A stretch of 41,344 nt of DNA from a virus. The position numbers and the translations under genes are program-made. The stretch is taken from IMG/VR virus record IMGVR_UViG_3300022538_000145, positions 1-41,344 of that record; one strand, given 5' to 3'. Of the stretch, positions 1 to 7,557 are shown one piece after another; position 1 is the stretch's first letter; every line of letters starts with the position of its first letter. The notes beneath the pieces were generated by a model. The model saw only the letters and a program-made list of their open reading frames with translations, made no database searches and had not been told where the DNA came from.

Positions 1-141
1 GCCAGTTCATAGATATAATACTTATAGTCTTTTAGTAACTCTGGATGCTGGTAGGCCCCTTCTTGATAAGCAATCGGGGCTGCCATCTCCGGATTCTTGG
101 CTACCCATTTCTGATATTCCTCTTTGTTCTTGCCATAGAGA
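1..141. repeat. Terminal direct repeat copy 1 (identical to 41204..41344). Read as the assembly overlap of a circular or circularly permuted genome.
   Basis: The string gccagttcatagatataatac...ttcttgccatagaga occurs at both window ends, 141/141 identical by eye. It lies inside an open reading frame. Confidence 0.95.
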
Positions 142-1490
142 TACCTGAAGTTCTCCCTCATCCGGCGATTATTCTCATTGATGGAATTTATCATATCCTC
201 GCTAAACAGTTTCTCAAGAGGATCCCTGTCTGCCTTGTTCTCGGGTATCTCAGCGAAGATAATCTCCGGCATGACTGAGAGCATGAAGTTCTCGCCTTGC
301 TCCCACAGCGTCCGGGACTGGAAAGCAGTCCAATCCCAAAAGTCCTTCGCTATATTCTGCTGGGGCTCCTTAGTGAACTGCTTGGTAGCGGCATTAAAAG
401 CGCCGATGTAATCACCCCTGGCATTATAGGCGGCCTGATTCTCAATATCGATGGTGAGCATCTGCCGGATACCGTCAACCTCGACAACAATTCTCTGCCG
501 GCTGAATATCTCATTTATCTCTACCGGCTCAAAGCCCATGAGTTCTAGCAGCCGCCTCTTTTCTGGAGTGCCACCGCCGGTCTGCATCGTCTCCATGAAG
601 AGAGCGAAGTCACTATCAACTAGCCCACCTAGTTCCTCAGCGTTAGCGAAGTCCGGGAAGACGTCGGTTATAAGCGTATTAACCCGGGCCTCTTGGTCGA
701 TAAAATCCAATGTCTGAAGGATATGCTCTTCAGTAACACCAAATAGCCTGAGAATGTCCTCTGCCTCTTGTGGGTCCACCCTGGCTTTTAGTTCCTCGAC
801 AAAGCCGGCGTAATCAGTGGCCATTCTATTCCGGAGCTGCTCAACAACTACCCCGGGTATTTCATCGAGTGAATATCCGTAGCTATTGGCCGGGTCGAAC
901 ATGGAAGGGTAGACACTGCGAAGGTGTTTTACCAGTTGTTCATCCGGCCTGACCTTTTCAGCCTCGGCCTCCGGCGTCGGCAACAGGAAGAAAGACGGCT
1001 CACCCTGAGCCATAGGTGTCACCTTTACGACACTGCCCTCCGGCACGTCAAAACCCAGCCACCTGGCCTGTTCCCAGCTTAGATACTGCTCGTATGGTAT
1101 CTGCCACGTCACTCTACGCTCTTCAGGTGGCAGACGCATTTGCGCCAGTTGTACCTCACCAACGAACCTGTTAGACGGAAGCCCATAAAGTCTCGCCAAG
1201 TCTGTTACGTCTGGTGCCGGAGTTACCGCCTCAAGCTGAACAAGGTCTAGCTGGTCAAAGGTAGGCTGCTCCGCCCGAGCCCGAGCTTGCGCCTCAGCAA
1301 AAGCCTCATCGAACTCGAAGAATTCCCTTGAGGTTATTAGCGGACTAATCGGCTCTTCCTCTTCGACTTCAACCTCTTCCTCTTCAAGGTCCGGAGTAGG
1401 TGGCTGATTGCTCTGTGCAATCCAATCACGCTCACCAGTGGCCGGGTTGATACGCCAATATCCTGTTTTTAATTGGTTACCAGTTACCAT
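1..1490 (-). CDS. Giant virion-associated protein, N-terminal part. The ORF leaves the left edge and continues in frame at 41203 -> 34885, about 2602 aa in total.
   Basis: ATG at 1490..1488 is preceded by AAAGGTGA. Hand translation of the whole minus frame 1490->1 has no stop (MVTGNQLKTGYWRINPATGERDW ... KNKEEYQKWVAKNPE) and reads directly into MAAPIAYQEG, the start of track ORF 34885..41289. Position 1490 and position 86 (=41289) are in the same frame mod 3. Confidence 0.85.
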   Translation of the reverse strand, partial: MVTGNQLKTGYWRINPATGERDWIAQSNQPPTPDLEEEEVEVEEEEPISPLITSREFFEFDEAFAEAQARARAEQPTFDQLDLVQLEAVTPAPDVTDLARLYGLPSNRFVGEVQLAQMRLPPEERRVTWQIPYEQYLSWEQARWLGFDVPEGSVVKVTPMAQGEPSFFLLPTPEAEAEKVRPDEQLVKHLRSVYPSMFDPANSYGYSLDEIPGVVVEQLRNRMATDYAGFVEELKARVDPQEAEDILRLFGVTEEHILQTLDFIDQEARVNTLITDVFPDFANAEELGGLVDSDFALFMETMQTGGGTPEKRRLLELMGFEPVEINEIFSRQRIVVEVDGIRQMLTIDIENQAAYNARGDYIGAFNAATKQFTKEPQQNIAKDFWDWTAFQSRTLWEQGENFMLSVMPEIIFAEIPENKADRDPLEKLFSEDMINSINENNRRMRENFRYLYGKNKEEYQKWVAKNPEMAAPIAYQEGAYQHPELLKDYKYYIYEL

Positions 1491-1493
1491 CTA

Positions 1494-1628
1494 TCACCTT
1501 TGAGGTCTTATAATCCACCACGCTACCATTAGTCTAGTTCTAAATGGTAACTTGGCAATATCTTCATAAAAACTTTTCCAATTTCTCCGGGTGAGTTGCC
1601 TTAACTTTTTTGAAATCCTGCCGTTCAT
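1494..1628 (-). CDS. Small protein (44 aa) with a basic N-terminus and a hydrophobic helix. Not in the track because it is under 60 aa.
   Basis: Hand-translated as MNGRISKKLRQLTRRNWKSFYEDIAKLPFRTRLMVAWWIIRPQR. A GGGGG SD lies 7 nt upstream. Its TGA is followed by TAG and then the ATG of the giant gene. Confidence 0.45.
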   Translation of the reverse strand: MNGRISKKLRQLTRRNWKSFYEDIAKLPFRTRLMVAWWIIRPQR

Positions 1629-1662
1629 TGTCTACCCCCGGGTCCGGCGTTATAGTAATATA

Positions 1663-1833
1663 CTATGATGCTGGGATCGGTCGTTGTGGAGTCAACTGCC
1701 GGCGCTGGCTGGCCGCTTTGCGTAATTGCTGAAGGCCGGGAGCGAAGTTGCCGCCACCGCCGCCGGCGGCCTGCGGTTTCATGGCCTCTTCAACACGCCT
1801 GTCAAATTCCTGATGAGTCAGTTTACCTGCCAT
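1663..1833 (-). CDS. Small protein (56 aa) with a Gly-rich centre.
   Basis: Hand-translated as MAGKLTHQEFDRRVEEAMKPQAAGGGGGNFAPGLQQLRKAASQRRQLTPQRPIPAS. Its ATG overlaps the portal TAA (TAATG). Confidence 0.45.
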   Translation of the reverse strand: MAGKLTHQEFDRRVEEAMKPQAAGGGGGNFAPGLQQLRKAASQRRQLTPQRPIPAS

Positions 1834-3623
1834 TATCTCTCTTCTCCCCTGCTTTTGCGGACTATCTCTTCACGGCGTTCCCCTCGCCTATCGGATTCCT
1901 CGGGGCTAATCATAGACTCATCCCCGGCTGGCTGACCGCCGCCACCGCCGCTTTGTTTATCAAGCAATGGGACCATCGGCTTGATTGATGCCCTACCCCC
2001 CGGGCGCCCTGGAGCCAAGCCCATATTGCCACCCCCGGCCCTATCACGGAGTACCATTTCAAGCTGTTGCAGAGTCATTTCAGCCAGAAGAGCAGAACCG
2101 GGATTAGTTTTGCTGTCTTCAATCTGCTGGTGACCAACTATGTAGAGCGTCTGAGCGATATCTCCGTCCTCGACTTTCTCCGCCTTGCCTTCAGCTATCA
2201 GCGCATCAGGGTTGTCTACTCTGAGCGTCTTTTCAAAAACATAGTGCTTCGGCAGTCCTAAAGCCAACTGTTGCTGGCTGATAGCCGTATTTGCGATATC
2301 CTGCTCAGGGGAAGTAGAATGGAACTCATACTTCGTACCGAACTTCTTATCGATATCGCTGGTAGAGTATTCTCTCTCGAATCCCTCTTCACCTAACTCG
2401 ACCGTGTAACCGCCCTGTATATACTGCTTCTTTATCATCTGAGAAGCGGCCCGGAAAAATAGAGCGATAGCATTTAACCTCGGGATGAATATTGCATCCT
2501 TAGAGGCGGTCAGCTTGGAGATAGCTACAGCACTCAACGGGAAGCTGAGGTTGCCAAAGTCGATGTTTGGCAAACCACCACGCTGCAGGGCGCCGACGAG
2601 CATATTGTAGAATAGCCTGGTAGCGTTCTTAACATCGTTAATCTGTATTATCTTGAAGCCACCACCACTATCAACTGGTATTATTTTCCGGAGTCCGCCA
2701 AAGTTCTTCGGTGGTGTGGCCTCAGAACCTTCATCGCTTTCATACTCGTAGGAACCCTCGAAGGTCATAGCGGTTAGAGTCTGGAAGATGGAGGCTGCCC
2801 GGTTAAGTTCCGGTATCAACCCCCGATTGTTTTCAAATATGCTTTCGCCTTCGTACTGGATGTTGTTAGAGTCCATCGAACTCGAAAGACCGGCACCGGA
2901 CTTCATGTAAATCAAAGGTGGGTACCCCAACCCATGATTTATTACTCTTTCAGGAAACTTACTCGGGTCATTTGTTTCACTGCCACCCTTGTATAATCGT
3001 GATGCTATATATATCTCATTAACGTCCTCATTCCAGAATTCAACAATCACGGAGTACCTGCTACGGACGACTATACCGTAGTCTCTTTCAATCTGAGCCT
3101 TCGACCGGGTAGTGGCGTAAGCACCCCATATCAGGCCAGCCGTATCAGTTTCGTAAGTGAAGTACCGTGTATCCATTGGGGAAATATCCGGGAGAAATTT
3201 GTCGCCATCTTCCCTCATCAGGACCCGGGCAGCGATGGAACCCCTGAGTAGTATCTGCTCGATGAGAAATCCGTAGAGTGAAACAGCGAAGGCGTTGGCC
3301 ACCATCAGGTCATTGACATAATAGATATCATGGTAGAAATTCTCAAGCGTGGTAGTCTCTTTATCGGAAAGGTTTTTGCCGAAGACGATACGCTGCATAT
3401 TGGCGCCGTTCATTATAGCGGCACTGCGTCCCAGGAAGACTTTGGCCTCGTTCATGGTGACGTTGATAACGTCCGGAGTAGGTCCGCTATTGTCAAGGTT
3501 CCGCATTACATAAGGGTCGAGAATGGCGAGTTTGCGGTCTTCATCCATGCGCTTGAACAATGCGGACATTTCCCACCATTTATCGTAGTGAAGCTGATAG
3601 TTCTGCGTATAAATAGAAGCCAT
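1833..3623 (-). CDS. Portal protein (call by synteny).
   Basis: 596-aa ORF immediately downstream of terL in the same operon. Size and position are typical of a portal, and the C-terminal tail is Gly-rich and charged. No motif-level confirmation was possible by eye. Confidence 0.7.
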   Translation of the reverse strand: MASIYTQNYQLHYDKWWEMSALFKRMDEDRKLAILDPYVMRNLDNSGPTPDVINVTMNEAKVFLGRSAAIMNGANMQRIVFGKNLSDKETTTLENFYHDIYYVNDLMVANAFAVSLYGFLIEQILLRGSIAARVLMREDGDKFLPDISPMDTRYFTYETDTAGLIWGAYATTRSKAQIERDYGIVVRSRYSVIVEFWNEDVNEIYIASRLYKGGSETNDPSKFPERVINHGLGYPPLIYMKSGAGLSSSMDSNNIQYEGESIFENNRGLIPELNRAASIFQTLTAMTFEGSYEYESDEGSEATPPKNFGGLRKIIPVDSGGGFKIIQINDVKNATRLFYNMLVGALQRGGLPNIDFGNLSFPLSAVAISKLTASKDAIFIPRLNAIALFFRAASQMIKKQYIQGGYTVELGEEGFEREYSTSDIDKKFGTKYEFHSTSPEQDIANTAISQQQLALGLPKHYVFEKTLRVDNPDALIAEGKAEKVEDGDIAQTLYIVGHQQIEDSKTNPGSALLAEMTLQQLEMVLRDRAGGGNMGLAPGRPGGRASIKPMVPLLDKQSGGGGGQPAGDESMISPEESDRRGERREEIVRKSRGEER

Positions 3624-3653
3624 AATCGTACTCCTTATACCAAGTCCTGCGGC

Positions 3654-5093
3654 TTAATACCTGACTGCATCACCACTGCCACCGCCCTTTTTCGTGCTTC
3701 TTGTCATCATAACGGCATCGCCAACGTCCGGAGATTTGCTGCCCCTGGCTTTCGCATCCTCTTTGCTTTCAATCTGCAGCAAGCCTCGAGGCGTATAGGT
3801 GTACCGGATATCCGATAGCTGAGCCTTCAGTTTGTCATCATCCGGGAGATCCAGTTCACCATCTGCCAATTCCCTCGAGAAGTTCCACCAGTCCTCAGCC
3901 CGGCGATTGAGGAATCTTTCCTTATCGAGTGGTGCCTTGCCGGAATCATATTCAATAATTTTGTATTCTGTGCCGATTTCCCTCTTGAGAATATCATAGA
4001 CACCGGCACCGAGGCCAACCACATCGATATAAGTCCTGACCGGTTTGTTTTCCCTTATCAATCTGGCAGTCCGACCAGCAGTATAATTGGATTCCTGATG
4101 CCCCCAAGTTACTTTATCAAGGGTTTTCTTTCCCTGGCTAATAGCGAAGCAGCACTCATCATCGCCGTACCGGGCCACATCGAGGGCGGCCACCTTCATC
4201 GACTTCTCGTATTCCTTGCGCTCTATCTCCCGGGACATGGCGAATTCGATATCCGATAGCCGTATAAGGTTATTGACGCCGGCGTCCGGAAAGTCACCGA
4301 GGATAAAGACGACGTAGAGGTAAGAGCCCTTGCCCCAATTCTTATAGCGCTCTGCGACTTTCGCCGGGCTCATAAGTTGAGGGTAGGGGAGTTCTTGGCC
4401 GGCCCACTTCTTTTCCCAATCACCGTTCTCAATATCTTCCTGGGTGATACCGAAAGAAGCAAGGTTTGGTGAATCAAACGCCGTGATATGGAACTTTTTG
4501 TAGAGATCCGAGTTGAAGGTATCCCGAAAGGCACCAACTGACTGAGTAGGATTGGAGAGCAGCAACTCATGGGTATTACCGGTAGATAGCGGATTCTCGA
4601 TAGCGCCGAAGATATCATTGGTCAGGCCGGCAGCGTCATCGCCAATCACCAGCACGTTTACATTATGATAGCCAAGCATACGCTCCGGTTCATCGGTAGC
4701 GAATCCTACGGCAAAGTGGTCTTCCGACATCTCAAGGGCTTTCCGGGTGAGGTTTCCCTCGAGCGGGAATTTGGCATTTGCGACAGCAATGCGGATCTCA
4801 CGCCAGAGGACATCCTCGACCTGCCGGTTTGTCGGCGCCGTCGTGATAACAGTGGCCGGTGGAAAGTTATACAGGAAGGCGAGTGCAACCCGGGCGGCTG
4901 CGTAGCTCTTGCCGATGGCTTCACAGCTTCTTACCGTAGTCCTTGGGTAATAGAAAGTGGACTGAGCGATGGCAATCTGCATGGGCCAGAGGCTACCGCC
5001 GAGGACTGTCTCAATCCACCAGTCCGGGTATATCCTGGCCTTATGCCGGATTTTCTCATTCATTTCGGGTGTCGGCATTAAGTTAGTTGTCAT
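3654..5093 (-). CDS. terL: Terminase large subunit.
   Basis: Motifs seen:
- Walker A-like SCEAIGKS.
- Walker B-like NVLVIGDDAAG.
- Nuclease-domain acidic motifs VAALDVARYGDD, YIDVVGLGAGV and SPDVGDAVMM.
I moved the start from the track's 5249 to ATG 5093 (MTTNLMPTPEMNEK). This ATG overlaps the TGA of the upstream ORF as ATGA. Confidence 0.85.
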   Translation of the reverse strand: MTTNLMPTPEMNEKIRHKARIYPDWWIETVLGGSLWPMQIAIAQSTFYYPRTTVRSCEAIGKSYAAARVALAFLYNFPPATVITTAPTNRQVEDVLWREIRIAVANAKFPLEGNLTRKALEMSEDHFAVGFATDEPERMLGYHNVNVLVIGDDAAGLTNDIFGAIENPLSTGNTHELLLSNPTQSVGAFRDTFNSDLYKKFHITAFDSPNLASFGITQEDIENGDWEKKWAGQELPYPQLMSPAKVAERYKNWGKGSYLYVVFILGDFPDAGVNNLIRLSDIEFAMSREIERKEYEKSMKVAALDVARYGDDECCFAISQGKKTLDKVTWGHQESNYTAGRTARLIRENKPVRTYIDVVGLGAGVYDILKREIGTEYKIIEYDSGKAPLDKERFLNRRAEDWWNFSRELADGELDLPDDDKLKAQLSDIRYTYTPRGLLQIESKEDAKARGSKSPDVGDAVMMTRSTKKGGGSGDAVRY

Positions 5094-5341
5094 GGTCTGT
5101 AAGCCTGATCCCACTCTGGATAATAACCGGAGCCTGTTGGAGCTGCCGGTGAGTGTTCGGACTTCCCCTTCAGGAATTTCCAGCCCATCTTCCAGTTGAC
5201 CGGAGAAATAACAGGCGGAGCTAAAATCATACAGCCGGGCGCCGGGCAATAACAGCGATACTCTACTTCCTTTTCCGAACGCATAGGCTGTAGCTCCTCG
5301 AATTTACCATGATCAGGACATTCGTATTCGTATATTGGCAT
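5090..5341 (-). CDS. FmdB-family-like zinc-ribbon protein, sitting in the position usually held by a small terminase.
   Basis: The N-terminus MPIYEYECPDHGKFE matches the MPxYEYxC signature of the CxxC_CxxC_SSSS/FmdB zinc ribbon. A second Cys cluster is CYCPAPGC. The gene is translationally coupled (ATGA) to terL. Confidence 0.6.
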   Translation of the reverse strand: MPIYEYECPDHGKFEELQPMRSEKEVEYRCYCPAPGCMILAPPVISPVNWKMGWKFLKGKSEHSPAAPTGSGYYPEWDQAYRP

Positions 5342-5536
5342 TTAACCTCTCATATCGAGGATACCCTCACGAATCAGCCATGCCAGTGCAAAAGCAAGGG
5401 CAATACCCATGACAATCGCTGTGAAGATAACGTCGGCCAGATATTTCAAAAATTTCAGAAACCACACGGCGACCTCTTCTGCCAGGCAAAGTAGCCGCCG
5501 ACCCGGACGGCCCAATACATCAGTGTCCGCTTCCAC
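5342..5536 (-). CDS. Small membrane protein; start uncertain.
   Basis: Hydrophobic stretch VIFTAIVMGIALAFALAWLI. Its stop abuts the next ATG (TAAATG). The 5' end overlaps the DUF1353 ORF, so GTG 5467 is an alternative start. Confidence 0.45.
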   Translation of the reverse strand: MEADTDVLGRPGRRLLCLAEEVAVWFLKFLKYLADVIFTAIVMGIALAFALAWLIREGILDMRG

Positions 5537-5853
5537 TTCACCACACCGAGGTCCTTCATTCCATCGAGGAATATAAGGTCGGCAATTTTGCGTGTCTGCA
5601 TTATTTGTGGCGTCTGGTAGATGTAATCGTGAATAACGGACGCCTTAGTGTACTTACCCAACTTCGGGATAATTAACCGGGCAAACCGGGGAATCGATGC
5701 AAAGTCGGTGGCAAACCCCACAGGGACATGAAACGGAATAGTTCCCCTTTTCCAAGCGTAGGTGAACTCCCTCGCTACCTTAAACGTCTTGCCGGACGGC
5801 ATTACCTCGACGACGAGCGGCGTCAGAAAACTGTTCCTCTCCCTCTTTTTCAT
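5455..5853 (-). CDS. DUF1353-like protein.
   Basis: Motifs VPVGFATDFASIPRF, SVIHDYIY and KIADLIF resemble DUF1353. I set the start to ATG 5853 (MKKRERN) with a GAAGGAG SD; the track ORF starts at 5889. Confidence 0.55.
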   Translation of the reverse strand: MKKRERNSFLTPLVVEVMPSGKTFKVAREFTYAWKRGTIPFHVPVGFATDFASIPRFARLIIPKLGKYTKASVIHDYIYQTPQIMQTRKIADLIFLDGMKDLGVVKWKRTLMYWAVRVGGYFAWQKRSPCGF

Positions 5854-6112
5854 GTAAAACTCCTTCGCATCGTAGAACGGCGGTTGCATTCCACCTATCC
5901 CCCAGCCTCAATATGTGAAAATTATAAGCTGAATTGAAAAAATATTAGCCTCATTTCGGCAATCTTTGCTTGTTTTATAAGTGGGAATATTGAAAATTGT
6001 TCACGGCCCCCAACCATACTCTCCCGGGTCGTTACTTTAAGCACCCCCCCTCCCGGGTGAATATAACATGATGGGTCAACATAGTACTATGCCGCAACGC
6101 CTGGCGCTGGGG

Positions 6113-6190
6113 TCATTCCCTTAAAAGCGCAAAGCCACCGGCGATAATTGCCATCAATGCCAGGACACAAACTATCAGCTCCGTCATCAT
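6113..6190 (-). CDS. Possible 25-aa hydrophobic peptide.
   Basis: Hand-translated as MMTELIVCVLALMAIIAGGFALLRE. A purine-rich stretch GGGAAAGGAAAGGGAAAGG lies directly upstream. It is very short, so weakly supported. Confidence 0.25.
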   Translation of the reverse strand: MMTELIVCVLALMAIIAGGFALLRE

Positions 6191-6270
6191 CCTTTCCCTT
6201 TCCTTTCCCTGATAAGACAGCCGGCAACCGGGGCCGGGAGGTGGTGGGGTTAGCCTCTGCTATACTATGA

Positions 6271-6290
6271 TATGATATGCTATGATATGC
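6271..6290. repeat. Perfect tandem 10-bp repeat, tatgatatgc x2, with a partial copy upstream.
   Basis: The sequence reads ctatgatatgatatgctatgatatgc. Confidence 0.9.
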
Positions 6291-6295
6291 TCTGC

Positions 6296-6374
6296 GGATT
6301 AATGTTAGCAGAAACTCACAAGCAGTGGGATTAATGTTAGCAGAAACTCACAAGCAGTGGGATTAATGTTAGCA
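6296..6374. repeat. 32-bp direct repeat ggattaatgttagcagaaactcacaagcagtg, 2 perfect copies plus a 15-bp third copy. No spacers. A 10-bp palindrome atgttaacat lies at 6387-6396.
   Basis: Copies are at 6296-6327, 6328-6359 and 6360-6374. They lie in the largest non-coding region (5890-6401), just downstream of the HNH gene. Confidence 0.9.
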
Positions 6375-6401
6375 TTAACTCTCCAAATGTTAACATAAAC
6401 G

Positions 6402-6686
6402 TTATGGTGACTTGCCAGCATTGCATGGATTACAAAGCGTTTGAAGGTTATCGAAGTCATCAGTTCCGCCCCGGTAGACGGATAGGATATGATCCACTGT
6501 TAGATGCTCAGGGCTGCCACACTGTTGACACTGGAAGTGATCCCGGCTGAACACTGCCAGCCGGACCTCTGGCTGATGAGTATAGTTGCGAGCTAAGCCA
6601 CGTCTCTTGATGTAAGAGATTCGCTTCTCTAACTGTGGTGACCAAGGCAGCTTCCTTAATTCATGTAGTGTTTGGGCCTGTTTCAT
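6402..6686 (-). CDS. HNH endonuclease (terminase-associated type, by position).
   Basis: CQQCG...HLTVDHILSVYRGGTDDFDNLQTLCNPCNAGK is a classical HNH core with flanking Cys pairs. Confidence 0.85.
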   Translation of the reverse strand: MKQAQTLHELRKLPWSPQLEKRISYIKRRGLARNYTHQPEVRLAVFSRDHFQCQQCGSPEHLTVDHILSVYRGGTDDFDNLQTLCNPCNAGKSP

Positions 6687-7116
6687 CTGGCTTTACCTCA
6701 GGTCCCGGAGCCGGGTTATCGCCGGCCGGTCCCGGGTTGTCGGCCTGATATTTCTGCGCTATCTCTAACACCTCGGCAAGTATCGGCCGGGGCTTGGCGT
6801 CCAGGTTATCGGCGCTCTTCGCCAGCTCACCATAAGTCATTATCCCCCCGGAGTGTTCGACCTTCTGCCTTGCCTTGCCTATAGCGTGGTCAATGACGAA
6901 CTCACAAGCACGCTGTAAGCTGCTCTTCAGTGTCTTCCGGCCCTTCTTCTGGTCAAGATGATCCTGAAGCATACGAGCTGCTACCTTTGCGCCCTGGCTT
7001 AACACCTCTTGAACATCAGCCTGATAATATGCCTTAGAGCGCCGGCCTCGGGATTGCTTCACGTCTGAGGATTCACCATCTCGGGCGATTATGCTGTCTT
7101 CCATCTCTTGTGTCAT
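6661..7116 (-). CDS. Hypothetical protein; possible small terminase subunit (weak).
   Basis: First ORF of the leftward late unit, overlapping the HNH gene. It has a basic N-terminus. The segment ACEFVIDHAIGKARQKVE is reminiscent of a segment I associate with small terminases, from memory only. Confidence 0.3.
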   Translation of the reverse strand: MTQEMEDSIIARDGESSDVKQSRGRRSKAYYQADVQEVLSQGAKVAARMLQDHLDQKKGRKTLKSSLQRACEFVIDHAIGKARQKVEHSGGIMTYGELAKSADNLDAKPRPILAEVLEIAQKYQADNPGPAGDNPAPGPEVKPDETGPNTT

Positions 7117-7221
7117 GCTGGTCAGCCTCGTTGAAATGGGGTATTAGATGTTGATTGTGGATTGTTAGAGTGAGCCTAGATATAGATAAGCCAGTATTTA
7201 AACCGAGCATTGAATTGCTGT

Positions 7222-7255
7222 GGCCCGGGACGGTTGCCGAAGCCGACGCCGGGCC
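7222..7255. other. GC-rich stem-loop in the divergent control region.
   Basis: GGCCCGG (7222-7228) pairs with CCGGGCC (7249-7255) around a 20-nt loop. There is no U-tract on either strand. Confidence 0.4.
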
Positions 7256-7320
7256 TGCTTAAAAGGAGGTAAACAATGGCCGGGCGTCTGGTTTTGGGGT
7301 CAGTCGTCCGGCTGATGTCA

Positions 7321-7350
7321 ATAGTAAAACAGATACGGATTGTTTGTCAA
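7321..7350 (-). promoter_or_regulatory. Candidate sigma70-type promoter for the leftward late unit.
   Basis: The minus strand reads TTGACA (7350-7345), then 18 nt, then TACTAT (7326-7321). It begins TTGACAAACA like the promoter at 10205. A second TTGACA lies at 7321-7316. Confidence 0.3.
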
Positions 7351-7488
7351 GTGGTGAGTTACAGACGCAGGGTTAGCTTTGAAGTTGCGTCGATTATTGA
7401 TACCGGGATTATGGAGCTGTGGACCCGGCCATTAGACCAAGCACGAAATAAAGTTATAGCCTCGAGCCGGTGTCAGGCGTGGGGCTAC

Positions 7489-7517
7489 TTGACAGGGTGT
7501 ATCATCTATGATACGGT
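7489..7517 (+). promoter_or_regulatory. Extended -10 sigma70-type promoter of the rightward unit, with an embedded operator.
   Basis: TTGACA (7489-7494), then 17 nt, then TACGGT (7512-7517), with TG at 7509-7510. An inverted repeat GTATCAtctaTGATAC (7499-7514) overlaps the spacer and -10. Confidence 0.6.
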
Positions 7518-7557
7518 AGGGGTACTTGAATACAACTCGAGCGTGAAGGGGGAAACA

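Noticed and set aside
1-141. The 141-bp terminal repeat as a physical phage DTR or packaging end.
   Set aside because: It falls in the middle of a continuous ORF, and its length equals a common assembler k-mer. No packaging-related sequence features are present there.
5094-5249. The longer terL ORF (531 aa) starting at 5249.
   Set aside because: It would overlap the complete zinc-ribbon ORF by 160 nt. ATG 5093 forms a classical ATGA overlap with that ORF's stop, and conserved terminase motifs begin only after it.
6296-6374. The 32-bp direct repeats as a CRISPR array.
   Set aside because: The copies are contiguous with no spacers. There are only 2.5 units, and no cas genes or leader. This is a tandem repeat, not a CRISPR array.
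7276-7557. An N-terminal extension of the 326-aa track ORF, starting at ATG 7276 behind a very strong AAGGAGGT SD.
   Set aside because: The conserved-architecture promoter and operator (7489-7517) lies inside this stretch and would start transcription downstream of it. ATG 7558 has its own SD, and the extension has no recognisable features. I keep it as an alternative: if a further upstream rightward promoter exists, the long form could be real.
5890-7557. tRNA or other structured RNA genes, and integrase/attP, in the non-coding regions (also 10119-10239 and 22013-22187).
   Set aside because: I could trace no cloverleaf-compatible arms or T-loop (GTTCRANYC-like) motif by eye. No tyrosine or serine recombinase motifs occur in any ORF. 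A tRNAscan-type search should confirm this.
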